Assembly: GCA_000934665.2 (NCBI GenBank)
Contig: KZ538222.1
Span: 1-64,000, forward strand
Origin: Catajapyx aquilonaris
Lineage: Eukaryota
Direction: 5' to 3'
DNA length: 64,000 nt
Shown: piece by piece, positions 48,313-59,800 of the stretch
Layout of the letters: the number at the start of each line of letters is the position of its first letter
Numbering within the stretch: position 1 is the stretch's first letter
Position numbers and translations under genes: made by a program
Notes under the pieces: model-generated
Database searches by the model: none
Told to the model about the DNA's origin: nothing
What the model saw: the letters and a program-made list of their open reading frames with translations, nothing else

Positions 48313-51156
48313 GTGAAATGCCTACAATCCGCTCAAATATTCACGGTAGCAAGCTACGGCACTATGCACGCAACAAGATACAAGTTCTACTGGAATGAAG
48401 TACGTATTGACACAACATCCTCGTATAAATACCTGGGCGTGATCTTTTCAAGTTCCGGTAAATTCAGAAGAGCTGCGGAAGAGTTGATAAAAAAGGGCAA
48501 AGCTGCATTTATGGCAATGTGGCCTATATTACTTAAACTTCAGGTTCGAAATTTCGTCATAGCAATGAAATTATTTAACGCCCGCATAGTGCTCATATGT
48601 TTTGTACAACGCGTTCATTTGGGGTTTGGAATAGCCTACTTTTGCAATACTTGATCAAATTCAGAGTTTTTACATTAAAAAGTTCCTACAACTTCCTCGT
48701 AACGCTGCAGGATATTTTGTGCATTTCGAAACGGGGCGTCGCACAGGGATCTAGATCCGGAAAACCCTGGTCACAATTATACTGTAGTTATCATCCTAGA
48801 AGGATAAAAATAAGTGTTTAGGGGGTTTCCTAGTCTCCGAGTACGAATTTGAAGTCAGAATTGTCAAATTATTGACAGATGTTCACGTACAGGGATTGGA
48901 CAAAATAATAGGGGAAAAATAGGGGTTGAATCTTTGCGTCTATTTTCTTGGGAAAATGTAAAGGTTACAAAGATGCCTTTTGCTCACTTTTTAAGCTCAG
49001 TCGATGTAAATTTGTGTAGGTAGGTTGATGACGCAAAAATCACGAGACGGGGAGAAAAACAAAAGATGAACGATACACCCCAGACCCCATTTTTGACCAG
49101 AGTGTCCCACCCCTTTTCATTTGAAAACGAAAACATTACAGATTTGAACTTGACTTGGTTTTAAAGGTCCATCGATGTCTCATATTTTGGTATACAGATG
49201 GATAAATAATAATCACATGATGGGGGCGGAGAAAAAAATGAAACAACACCCCCAGTGAAAGGCCCCAGGCTCGATCCCCGCCTGGGGAACTTTCCTTTCA
49301 CCTGCGTCAGGAGGGTCTCTGACCTGCACCAAGGATGTGTCTGGCAACCTAACCTGGTGCTCCTGGAGAACAGCACATGACCCATTTATCGGTATTACAC
49401 TTGCACCTATGTTCCCTCCCCAAAAATCCCTATCCTTACCCCATGTCCTTTCATCCTTGCACCAGAGTTAGAAGAAAAAGCAGAAAATTGCAGGAAAAAT
49501 GGTGGTATTCCACTCCCCTATAAGGGCCTATGGCCCTATCACGGGGTAACGTTAAAAAAAAGTACAGGAAATTATTATAACGACAGCCCAAAAATAAACT
49601 ATAGTAGATGATTAGTTCCTCAAGACTTGCCTTTCACTCGCACGCACACCAAAATATATTCCCTCCTCTCTCTAGGTCTAGGAAACATAGGAAGTAATGT
49701 ACGATATCAACAGGTATCAATGTGTCACTGGTCAGTTTGGCCACACTTCGAATTTCTCCCCCCTTCCCGTCACTGGACTCCAGCCCGTGCACTATTTGTT
49801 TCAGGCATTAGCTCGAGCGCGAGGGTGGAAATACCGCCACGGCGAAAATTACGAATTACGATAAAATTAGCGCATTTTAGCAGCTGGACTTTGTTGACCC
49901 TTCACCTACACACTATTTCGCACATTACGCACCAAAAATGAAAATGTCCTTTTTTGTCCATTTTTTGTATGACTCGATTTAATTTTTGAAACGACACATT
50001 TGAACTGCTATACCAAAATTCGATTTAATCATTAAGTTTATAATTTACAAAAATGAAATATGAACAATTTTGCAAGTAAATGTATACTCTACAACACAGT
50101 GTAACCAAAATTACCGTTGACATATGTTTCAGAACATTTAGCAAATGGTTAAAATAGGCCTGCCGCGCATGTCTATTCAGAACAACGATTAACCCCAAAT
50201 TTAAATGCCTCCGCGCTGCCTAATACCTTTTTTTTCAGGAACAAACCATAGGCCAGAGCATAGCTCCATTATCATAGATTATGCAGGCATGAATGGGAAT
50301 ATCTGACTTCAAATTCAAAAATTCTGATTTTGTCCAGGGTTTTTCGAACCTAGATCACTGTGCGTCGTCAGTTATCACTCAATGTAAACAAACATTTATT
50401 AAAATGGCTAATTAGATTGGAATCACTCCCGGCAGAATCCCTGGTTAAACGATGTTATCGCTATGGAACTTCAGAGTTCAGACGCGAAGCCATCACTAGC
50501 GTCCCATTGGGGCAATTTGGCGGATTTTCAGTTTAGGACGATGGGAACTACAAGACAGCATTGGCTGGAAAACAGACTACAGATCCCTCTATCTGGGTTA
50601 ATAACCACATACATAGACTCATTGATTCAACAAGACTGGTCAGATCTGGCGCATTCACGGCGATACTCCAATTATTACGAACAGTGGAAAACTACCCCGA
50701 CAGCTGAGCTCTATTTTGGTCACCAACTTCCCGTGCCGCAACGAATCAAACTACCTCTTAATTCGGGGATACAAATTCAGAATTACCCCAGAAGAGAAAT
50801 GTTCCTTGTGTTATGAAGCAGACCCGTTTAGCTTACACCACATCATAGTACTTGTATTCATGCTCATTTTTTTCATACGCCAGGAAAATACACAGTCTGT
50901 ATAACTGGCCTGCTGTCCCACCTGACTCGACTTACTCACTGTTAGACAACCCACCGGCAATGCAAATATACAACCTGTTTTCCTTTTTTACCCATGCTGT
51001 CAGACTTCTGAATCATGCAGATATCGTATTATGAGTAATAGTCGAGGGAAGGGCCTAGCCCCCATCTCCGCAATATAATATTCCTTACAATTATTGTACA
51101 GAGTGCTTTTTCCCTACCTGCACAAGGGCCCACAAAGCCTTGCAGGTTAATAAAAC

Positions 51157-51238
<82 letters not shown>

Positions 51239-51240
51239 AT
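48313..51240 (+). mobile_element. 5'-truncated non-LTR retrotransposon (LINE) interrupted by a Transib
   Basis: RT C-terminal motif YKYLGVIFSSSGKF; FYIKKFLQLPRNAAGYFVHFETGR|RQLSLNVNKHLLKW reads through once 48742-50367 is removed; CSLC...HH motif; AATAAA then (ATT)n tail. Confidence 0.85.
48742..50362. mobile_element. non-autonomous Transib element (contains a SINE C copy at ~49255-49560)
   Basis: CACAG(G/T)G termini, ~30-bp TIRs, 5-bp TSD CGTCG at 48737-41 and 50363-67. Confidence 0.85.
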
Positions 51241-52337
51241 ACTGTTTTAAAATGGCAACAGTTCATTGTAATTATTTTAAAGCATTTTAATTCCTCACGT
51301 CACGGTTCCAGGGTTAATTTGGGCATCTTTTGAGTCAATTTTCTCAATGTGGGGCTGAGTCGATTTTAAAGCGACATAATTACCGTATGTTAAAAGAAAT
51401 GTCTTTTAATGCATAACATAGTGGTATAAGAACTGTGCACCTACCCTGAGCACTTGAGCAGTTCACCCGAAACAAATTTTTCAATGCAGAATATATGGGC
51501 ACAATTTACGATATTATTGTACAGTAAAATTCACTACAATTTTCCACGAGATGTTGCAGAAAATTGGTAACGCTCTCTTTGGCCTTTAATGCATCCCTGG
51601 CCCTGAGTCTAACGAGGGTTCGACTGGTTCGACTCCTCTGTAATCACCCACAGATATAGTGTACTCTAACAGAGTGTTGACAAACAGACGGGGGCGGGTT
51701 TGTTACTTCAACTGACGACATCAGTGGTTTCCTTTTGATTTAAAAAAAGGCCCAACTGTCCGACACCGTTACTTCAGTAAGCTTCGGTAAACTTTGAAAA
51801 CGGCGCGTCGGCCTACCGGTAGGATTAGAAAGCAATGTCCTCATGTTCTTCGATCTGGTGGACACAAATGGAACTAGATCAGTTCTGGTCGGATCTGGTG
51901 AAGTTATAGTCTGACAACCTGCACGACCTATCCCAAGGGCCAGGTGTGTGTCCTCTCAAGCCATGTAGCATTGACTGTCGGTTCGGTTTTTCATTGTTAT
52001 GCTTCGAGGCAGCCTCAATGGCCTGCTTGGGGTAGGACGAATAGTTGGAGTTGTCAACTGGAAGCCACTGACTGTAGTGATCTGGAAACAACCTTGTGTG
52101 TTCAGCCGTGTGTAAGTTGTAAGAATTGGCACTGTGGCTTTAGATATTGCTGTGTGCGTAGTTGTGTACTATGCATGGCTGGATGGGCAGTAGTGACATA
52201 GTAATGAGTTGCATGTACTGCTGCTCAATATGTTGTGAACATCACTTTTGGTACGCTTTTGCAGTCAGTGGCTGCCATCAAAGATAAACACATGTGGAAT
52301 CACAATAATGGCATTTTGCTACTGGCAGGATTATGTC

Positions 52338-52341
<4 letters not shown>

Positions 52342-52383
<42 letters not shown>

Positions 52384-52724
52384 TGGGTAGTGCGGACCTC
52401 TTTCGAGGTATTACACGGACCTTTATTTATTTTGCAATTTTACATACAGTTTTCGTCGCAACGCCCTGGTCCACGGGCGTATGGGGAATGGGAGCTTCCC
52501 AAGGGAGGGCGCTCTCATGTAGTTTCTAGTCATTGCAGACCCTCTTAAACACCAGACCTTTTCTCCTGGCCCCGAGCAGAGAAGGGAGTGCAATTCTGCT
52601 CCGGCATGTCGGGTGAAAAGCGGAAAAAGACCCGGCCAAGCAGAGGTGACGGGGACGGGATTTGAACCCCGGCCTCCCGCTTGGCTGGCCAGCGGCGTAA
52701 CCGCTAGACCACCATGCCTCCCTG
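52342..52724 (-). mobile_element. SINE family E (different head and body, family-A-type tail)
   Basis: Head GGGAGGCATGGTGGTCTAGCGG...GGTTCAAATCCC on the - strand; 14-bp TSD GGATTATGTCATAT. Confidence 0.85.
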
Positions 52725-52790
52725 GGATTATGTCATATTAATTTACTTGACTAGTTACATGCTGTTAAAGATCAATATTGATGAGGTTAA

Positions 52791-53063
52791 CCTGGAACCA
52801 TTGTGTGGGGTCTTTTAGGACCCCAAGGAAAAAAATGCGTTAAAATGATCATTACAATGAACTTTTGCCATTTTTTACAGTATATGCAGGTTTATTTTGA
52901 ATTAGTGATCATTTTAGGCATTGTTAATTTTACATGTACATGGTCAATACATTGAAATGTAGCCTATTATATAATAATTAATAAAAATTAAAATATGGTG
53001 GGGTCTGAAAAGACCCCATGGCACGGTTGCCGTAATACTCGTAGGCACGGCACGGTTCCAGGG
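52791..53063. mobile_element. piggyBac-type MITE
   Basis: TTAA-CCTGGAACC...GGTTCCAGGG-TTAA; a solo end of the same type near 51300-51317. Confidence 0.8.
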
Positions 53064-53416
53064 TTAACAGAGTGGGTTTGTGAATTGCTTTCATGTTGTG
53101 TAATTCATCAGGCATGTTGCAAGTGTTCCATCTAGTGATATATTGCCTCTCAACACTTTTTATAATTTAAAAACATAGCAGTGGTGATGATTCACACCAT
53201 GAAGACTCCGAAGAGATTAAAATAACATTACATCTGTATGTTTGGGTCATTATCAACATGTTCTAATTACTTGTTAAGCAGTTGCAATTATACTTAAAAG
53301 GCAGCCTAGTCGTCTGGGGAAACATCTGGATGGTTGCTACATGTTCGCATCAAAATTTTGTGAATGACAGACAACTTGACACTGCTGGACAATACTAATG
53401 TGGTCTTAGTATAGTT

Positions 53417-53656
53417 CAGTGGTGTTCCCAACGTGTGGGTCATGATCCCCTTGGGGGTCGCAGTTATTTTTACTTGCAATAAATTTGATTGGAAATTGCA
53501 CTATGAAAGTTTTTAATAAACACGTACATATTTTAATACTGTGTATGTCCGCACTACACTAATCTTCTACTAATAGTCGGGGGGGGGGGGGGNTGGGGGT
53601 CCGCAGGTTACTTGACTATCATAAAAGCACGACCCGAAAAAGGTTGGGAACCACTA
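53417..53656. mobile_element. hAT/Charlie-type MITE
   Basis: Sister of 9299-9521; TSD GTATAGTT/GTATAGCT. Confidence 0.8.
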
Positions 53657-53805
53657 GTATAGCTCTTGTTCTGCAGGTATTGGTGTCAAACATTTTGGGC
53701 AGTTTTTATTGTGCTCATTGTGATATGTGGTTATGAAGTGGCATTTTGAAGTAGTAAAATGTTTGTTCTTGTTACAGAGCTGTTGTGCATTCGCACGCCC
53801 GAAAC

Positions 53806-56800
53806 ATGGCATCATCTTCCGAAGGGGTATGCAATCGCTTGTCACAGGAAAAGTCACCTTATTTGTTACAACATGCCTCCAATCCTGTTGACTGGTGTGT
53901 ATTTTTACTTCTCTAATCACTATATTGACAGCCCGATTCTGCCACTCATACAATACGGTAGTTTAATATGAAAGTCTATATAAAAATAATAATAAATAAT
54001 ATATTAAAATAATGGTCCAGACCTGGAATTTCAGAAGGCGGTCAGTTGACCCAAACCGACCCCCCAGTAGATTCATGTGGGGGCGCGCACCAGTGCCAAA
54101 TTCCCAGTATGGCGGAGACTTTGATATTAAACTACCGTCAACACAGGGCTCGGTTGGAAGAAACAGGGGGCTGGCCTGATTTGTCAGGTGGCACCACTAG
54201 TGGGCAAACTTTGAGCTGGCAATATAACAGGAAGATGGATACTTCCTGCAACTAAAATCCTGAAACTATAGCTTTTTTTTTTTAAAAAAATTAATTTAAT
54301 TTTTAGATTTTTTAAAGTGAACCCTGTGATAGGGCCCAAGGCCCTCTGGAGGGGGGGGGGGGGTTGGAATACCACCATATGGTGACTGCAAAGTGCAAGT
54401 GCAATGTCTCTGATTGGTCATTTTGTGAACCCCCCGGGTGGATTAGTCTTGTGGAGATTCCACCCGAGAAGAAGCCAGAGATGGCCCAATTCTGCATGAG
54501 ATGAAGGGGGGAAACCCCAGGCTGGGATCAAACCCAGGAAACTATAGCTATTGCTTTCACTTGGGTTGTGGTGATACACTGTAACTGTTAGCATTTCTGA
54601 CCCATTGAATCCAGTTCTAAATTCTGAGAAGGATATGAATAAACCCAAGTACAGGTACTCCTCGTTACGCGGGGATTGGTTCCAGCAACATGCGGTGTAA
54701 AGTGAAAAAGGCTTAAAACGAAACAAAATTATAATGCAAGTAAATGAGATAGGTTCCAAAATTTTCAAAATTTACCCACAGACAATAATAATATTGCAGT
54801 TTTCAATGCTCAGCATTTGAAGCATTTAATACACATGTTTAACCCTCAGAGCCTGGCAGGATATTTGAATTTTAAAAAATGCTCTTTAGTAAATTATGTA
54901 TGACCCCAAAACAATGTTACAATAAAATATTATATAGGAAAGTTATACATCAATGCTTAGCATAGACTTGGGGCTCTTAAAAAAAATTATGCAAATTTGG
55001 TGGTCACTTGATCATGTCGGCCATTTTGAATATATTATAATTTTGTGTTAACGGATGGTAATCAATATTAACTAATATTTCTCAAGTTAATCATCAAAAC
55101 TCAGCCAACTTTTTCTGAGTGATAGTCTATAGCCCTAATTTACAAATGCAATCAAGAAACATCACAAAATACTTACTGTAGATATTATTGATTATGAGGG
55201 CGACACGGTGGCGTAGTGGTTAGAGCCGCAGCCTTCCACCTCGGAGGTCCCGAGTTCGATTCCTGGGTCGGACGGAGGATACTTATGTGGATAGAGTTTC
55301 GATGGGTTCTCCATGTTCACGTGGGTTTTCTCGGGGTTCTCCTTCGTTCGATGGTAATGATGGTTCCAATGGACCATTCACAACAAGAAATTCATTGAAA
55401 TTCATACCTAGGATGGATGATTAAATGAAGCCTAATATTAGCAACTAATACATTTTGCCACTAAAAGTAACTGCCGGGGTCCTATCCTTGGTGTGTAATT
55501 TGGGAAATTTGTACACAAATAGCTCAACCATACAATCATACAAGGAGTGATCAGAAAGTAAGGTCTCCAAGGCTGTAACGTTTATTCTGTGTGAACACTA
55601 ATGACGAAACTTACAGGGTACATGAGGACAATGGACATCTACTTTTCTACATAGTTTCCACCCCGAAGAATGCACTTATCCCTGGATGTGTGCGGACGGG
55701 CGTTGTCGTGGAGAAGGATGACCCCAGCAGTGAGCAATCCTGTCGCGACTATCAATTCGGAGAGATATGCAGTGACCCTGGCGAAGTTGCAGAAGGCCAT
55801 CAGGTGGAAACGACCAGGATTGCTCGCTGCTGGGGTCATCCTTCTCCACAACAACGCCCGTCCGGACACATCGAGGGACACCATGGCTTTGCTGAATGGA
55901 TACTACTGGGAAGTTCTTCCTCACCCACCCTATCGTCCCGATCTAACCCTCACAGACTATCCCTTATTCAGAGCCCTGAAAGCAGACATGGCAGGTCAGC
56001 ATTTCCGAAGCGACGATGAGGTGAAGAAGGCTGCGTAACTGGTGCTGTCAACAGGGCACCCCTTTCTATTGGGAAGGGATTGAGAAACTGGTCTGGCGAT
56101 GGGATAAGTGCGTTCTTCGGGGTGGAAACTATGTAGACAAGTACCTGTCCATTGTCCTCATGTACCCTGTAAGTTTCGTCATTTGTGTTCACACAGAATA
56201 AACGTTACAGCCTTGGAGACCTTACTTTCTGATCACTCCTCGTACTTGCATAAACCATTAACCCACACCAGTAATTATACTGGAATTTCATTTTATGAAA
56301 ATGCCACAGATGAGTAGTGTGACTCTGACCTACAAGGCCAGAGAAATCAGAGCCTCTTGTCATTACTTATTACCACATGAATTATTACCACAGATAAATT
56401 TTTTAAAAACATTTATCAATAAATTATCAATGAGCCCAAATAAGGCCCAAGATGTGACATAAGTGCACACTGGACTTATTGGCTAAATAAGCAAACCTGA
56501 GTGTTGCTTCCTTTTTGGATCACCTTGCATTCATATGTATACAGTATACTGCACATCCTGTTCCAATTGAGGTACAGTAAAACTTCTATAAGTCGAACTT
56601 CCTGGTTTCTCCCACAATCAAAATTCATCACAGTGCAGGCAATGATTAAAGACGGTTCACGAAATCCATTATTATATAATTGATTATGCTTGAGCGTATG
56701 CTAAACGTACCGTTGGTGCTCAGGGGATAATGCCCAACTGTTGGGGGAGACTCTTTCTACCAAAGTGTCTGGTGGTGGTTGCCTATAGTTAGAGTGGGCT

Positions 56801-59800
56801 TTGGGTGATCTTATCTGACATACTAGGAAAGTCAAGCCAAATTTTGTGTTATGACTAGAACATTTTTCCATCAGGGAATTATACTACTAACATACTTTTA
56901 GTGTTGTACTTTGTTTCTGCTAGTTAATGCACAACTTTCTTTTGAAGAGAAGCACTTCAGCTCACAATATGTTGGCTTTTGTAACGAAAAACGTCAAGAG
57001 GGAACAGCTTGCTAAAGGGTAGAAAGCAAAGGATGCTACTTCAATAAAGCCTTTGATATTTGAGGGGTGTGGTAGGAAAATGTGACAACTCTAATTTTTG
57101 ACCTGAACACCTAGCAACTACGTAAAAGACATGACAGACACTTAGGTATACTCCAAGTTCACTGATCATACATGAGCCGGCAACACGGACTACATAAAAA
57201 CCCACATTTCCTATGATTTATGAAGAGAATGCAAACTTCAATTCGCTCTCCTGAAAAATTACACTATTGTGGGTTGTCCTGTTTTTCCACCACACCCCTC
57301 ATTAGTGATATTCTTTCAAAAATAATGAGTTTTTGTTAACCTGTTAGTTTATTCTCTCCATATATTTAAGAAAAATATCTAGGTTTAAATATAGAGTGAA
57401 GAGAGTAATTGATTCGTGTGTCTTACATCTGCTAAGCTTTATGATTACGTGAATTATATTTGAAAGGGTCCCCAACGGAAGATGACATTTCTTGCTTTTT
57501 GCCCCTTCAATTTTGTTCTCACTTATTAATACTGGTACTTTTTTCAAGGTATCCATGGGGTGAAGAGGCCTTTGAAAAAGCCAGGAAGGAAAACAAGTTG
57601 GTGTTTCTCTCTGTTGGATATTCCACATGTCATTGGTGCCATGTCATGGAAAGAGAGAGTTTTGTAAATGATGACATTGCAAAAATCATGAATGAAAACT
57701 TTGTGAATATCAAAGTTGATCGAGAAGAGCGACCAGATGTGGATAGGCTCTACATGACATTTGTGCAGGTGCAACAATAGAAGTAAAATTGCCAGAGAAG
57801 ATGTTATATGTTTAATTATTTTTTTTGTAGGCCACCACAGGAAGTGGAGGCTGGCCTATGAGTGTGTGGCTCACACCAGATTTAAAACCCATCTATGGAG
57901 GCACTTACTTTCCCCCAGATGATCGGTACTTTGGTCAACCAGGCTTCTCATCCTTGCTGAGGACCTTGTCGCGCCAGGTAACTACCGTAGGCAGCCTTCG
58001 ATAATAGGAAAAATTTCTAATATTCATTATCAAGCCTTGTTGACATGAGTGAAGTGGATTTTAATGTGGTGAATAATTGTACTGAAGAATAAATTAGAAA
58101 ACAATTTGGAGTTAAATAGGAAGTTAAAACACTTTTTAGTAAAACATGTGGAGCAAAGTGCCTTCATTACATTTTTGAACAATGGATCCTGCCTCTTTAT
58201 AGCTGACATTTCAGTGTAACATATCACATTAAAATAATGTTACCATGTTCCTTTGGTTGTAAAAAGTGCTTAAAGAATCCACGCCAAATACTGCGTAATA
58301 TGAGCACACATTGTGGCACCAACTTTCCGCTGTTGATGTACACAACCTCTATTCCAAGTGAGGCACTTGTCATACCATAGTGCTAGATTTTGTATGCCTG
58401 TGTTGAGGACACTCACTGCAAAATCAAATCTTTCATCTCTTTGTCTCTCCCCAGGCTCTCACTTACAAAAGTTGTTTTTTTGAGGTTGTGAAACGTACAT
58501 GGTGTGGCTAAATAGTTCGGTGAATGTTCGGATATCTTGAAGGCAAGGCATGGACAAGTTTGACCATTCACCGAACTTTTTAGATGCACCACATATTCTG
58601 TGCATCATTGGAACAGTAGGAGAAAGTTGAAAATTGTGTACTTGGACTGTTTAAGAATTTTAGGCAGCACACATCTAAGGACTGGTTTGTAGTCACACAT
58701 TGAAGTGTGTCCTTCTGAACAGTTCAAGTGGGGCATCTTTGAGCATTCTACATACAGTCGAGACCATGCAGCAAGTAATTAACACTTAGCTCTCTACTTT
58801 AAAAAAACTTTGGCAATCAAGAGACCAAGAGATGAAAGATGTGGTTTGGAAGCGAGTGTGTCTGACATAGGCATGCAAAAACTGGTCCTTCTTAGTGTAA
58901 ATGTCAGACCAGTTGACATGGTGATTGTGTGTAATAGAAGTTATCATGCTGCATTTTTTGGGGGAGGAATTCTTCGAACATTTTAAAACACAGCTAAATG
59001 ATTTTTGCTTTCTGGATGCAGTAATAACATTATTATGGCACAGACACAATGAAGCACCTCATGGAAATAAAAACTTAATTGAATTAATGAGAGAGTGACC
59101 TAAAAGCCCTTAATTCATTCTTATGAAATTGATTGAAATTACCATTAAATAGGGTGTCCAAAGTGGTATGTAGCACTCTAAATATTGGTTACATTCATAA
59201 TTTTAACGAGAGTCACTTCTTATAAAAGAAGCCAATTTGTTGGCATTTGAACTATTCCCACTGAACTTCTCACAGCCAATGCTTATGCATACAGTGTCCC
59301 TATTCACTGCACCCACAGTTTTTATTTACCCTAATTTGACCGTATTTTTTAGGTATATAATTTTAATAGCCAAATTTGGCCTGTCATACTGGTGCATTTA
59401 TTATAATAGCAATTCTCTGTTTACAGTGGAAAGAAAATCCTCAGCGATTTCTAGAAAATGCTGGTAACATCATTGAGATATTAAAGAGAACTGTCCGTAA
59501 CAAACATAATCCAGCAGCAGTCTTGAATGTACCTGAGGAAATATCTGCCAAGTTGTGCATGGAGCAACTGAGGAAAAGTTATGAGCCTCAGTATGGAGGA
59601 TTTTCACAGGCTCCCAAGTTCCCCCAGCCAGTCAACTTTAATTTTCTGTTCCACTATTACGCAAGTAATCCTAACTCAGAAGATGGGAAGAAAGCACGAG
59701 ACATGTGTCTCCACACTCTAAGAATGATGGCAAATGGAGGAATTCATGATCATGTTTCTCAGGTTTGTGGCCATTTATTAATCATTGGTATTCTGTTGCA

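Noticed and set aside
58255..58800. Degenerate mariner-like remnant (similar one at ~15370-15620)
   Set aside because: Only weak C-terminal traces; boundaries and TIRs could not be defined.
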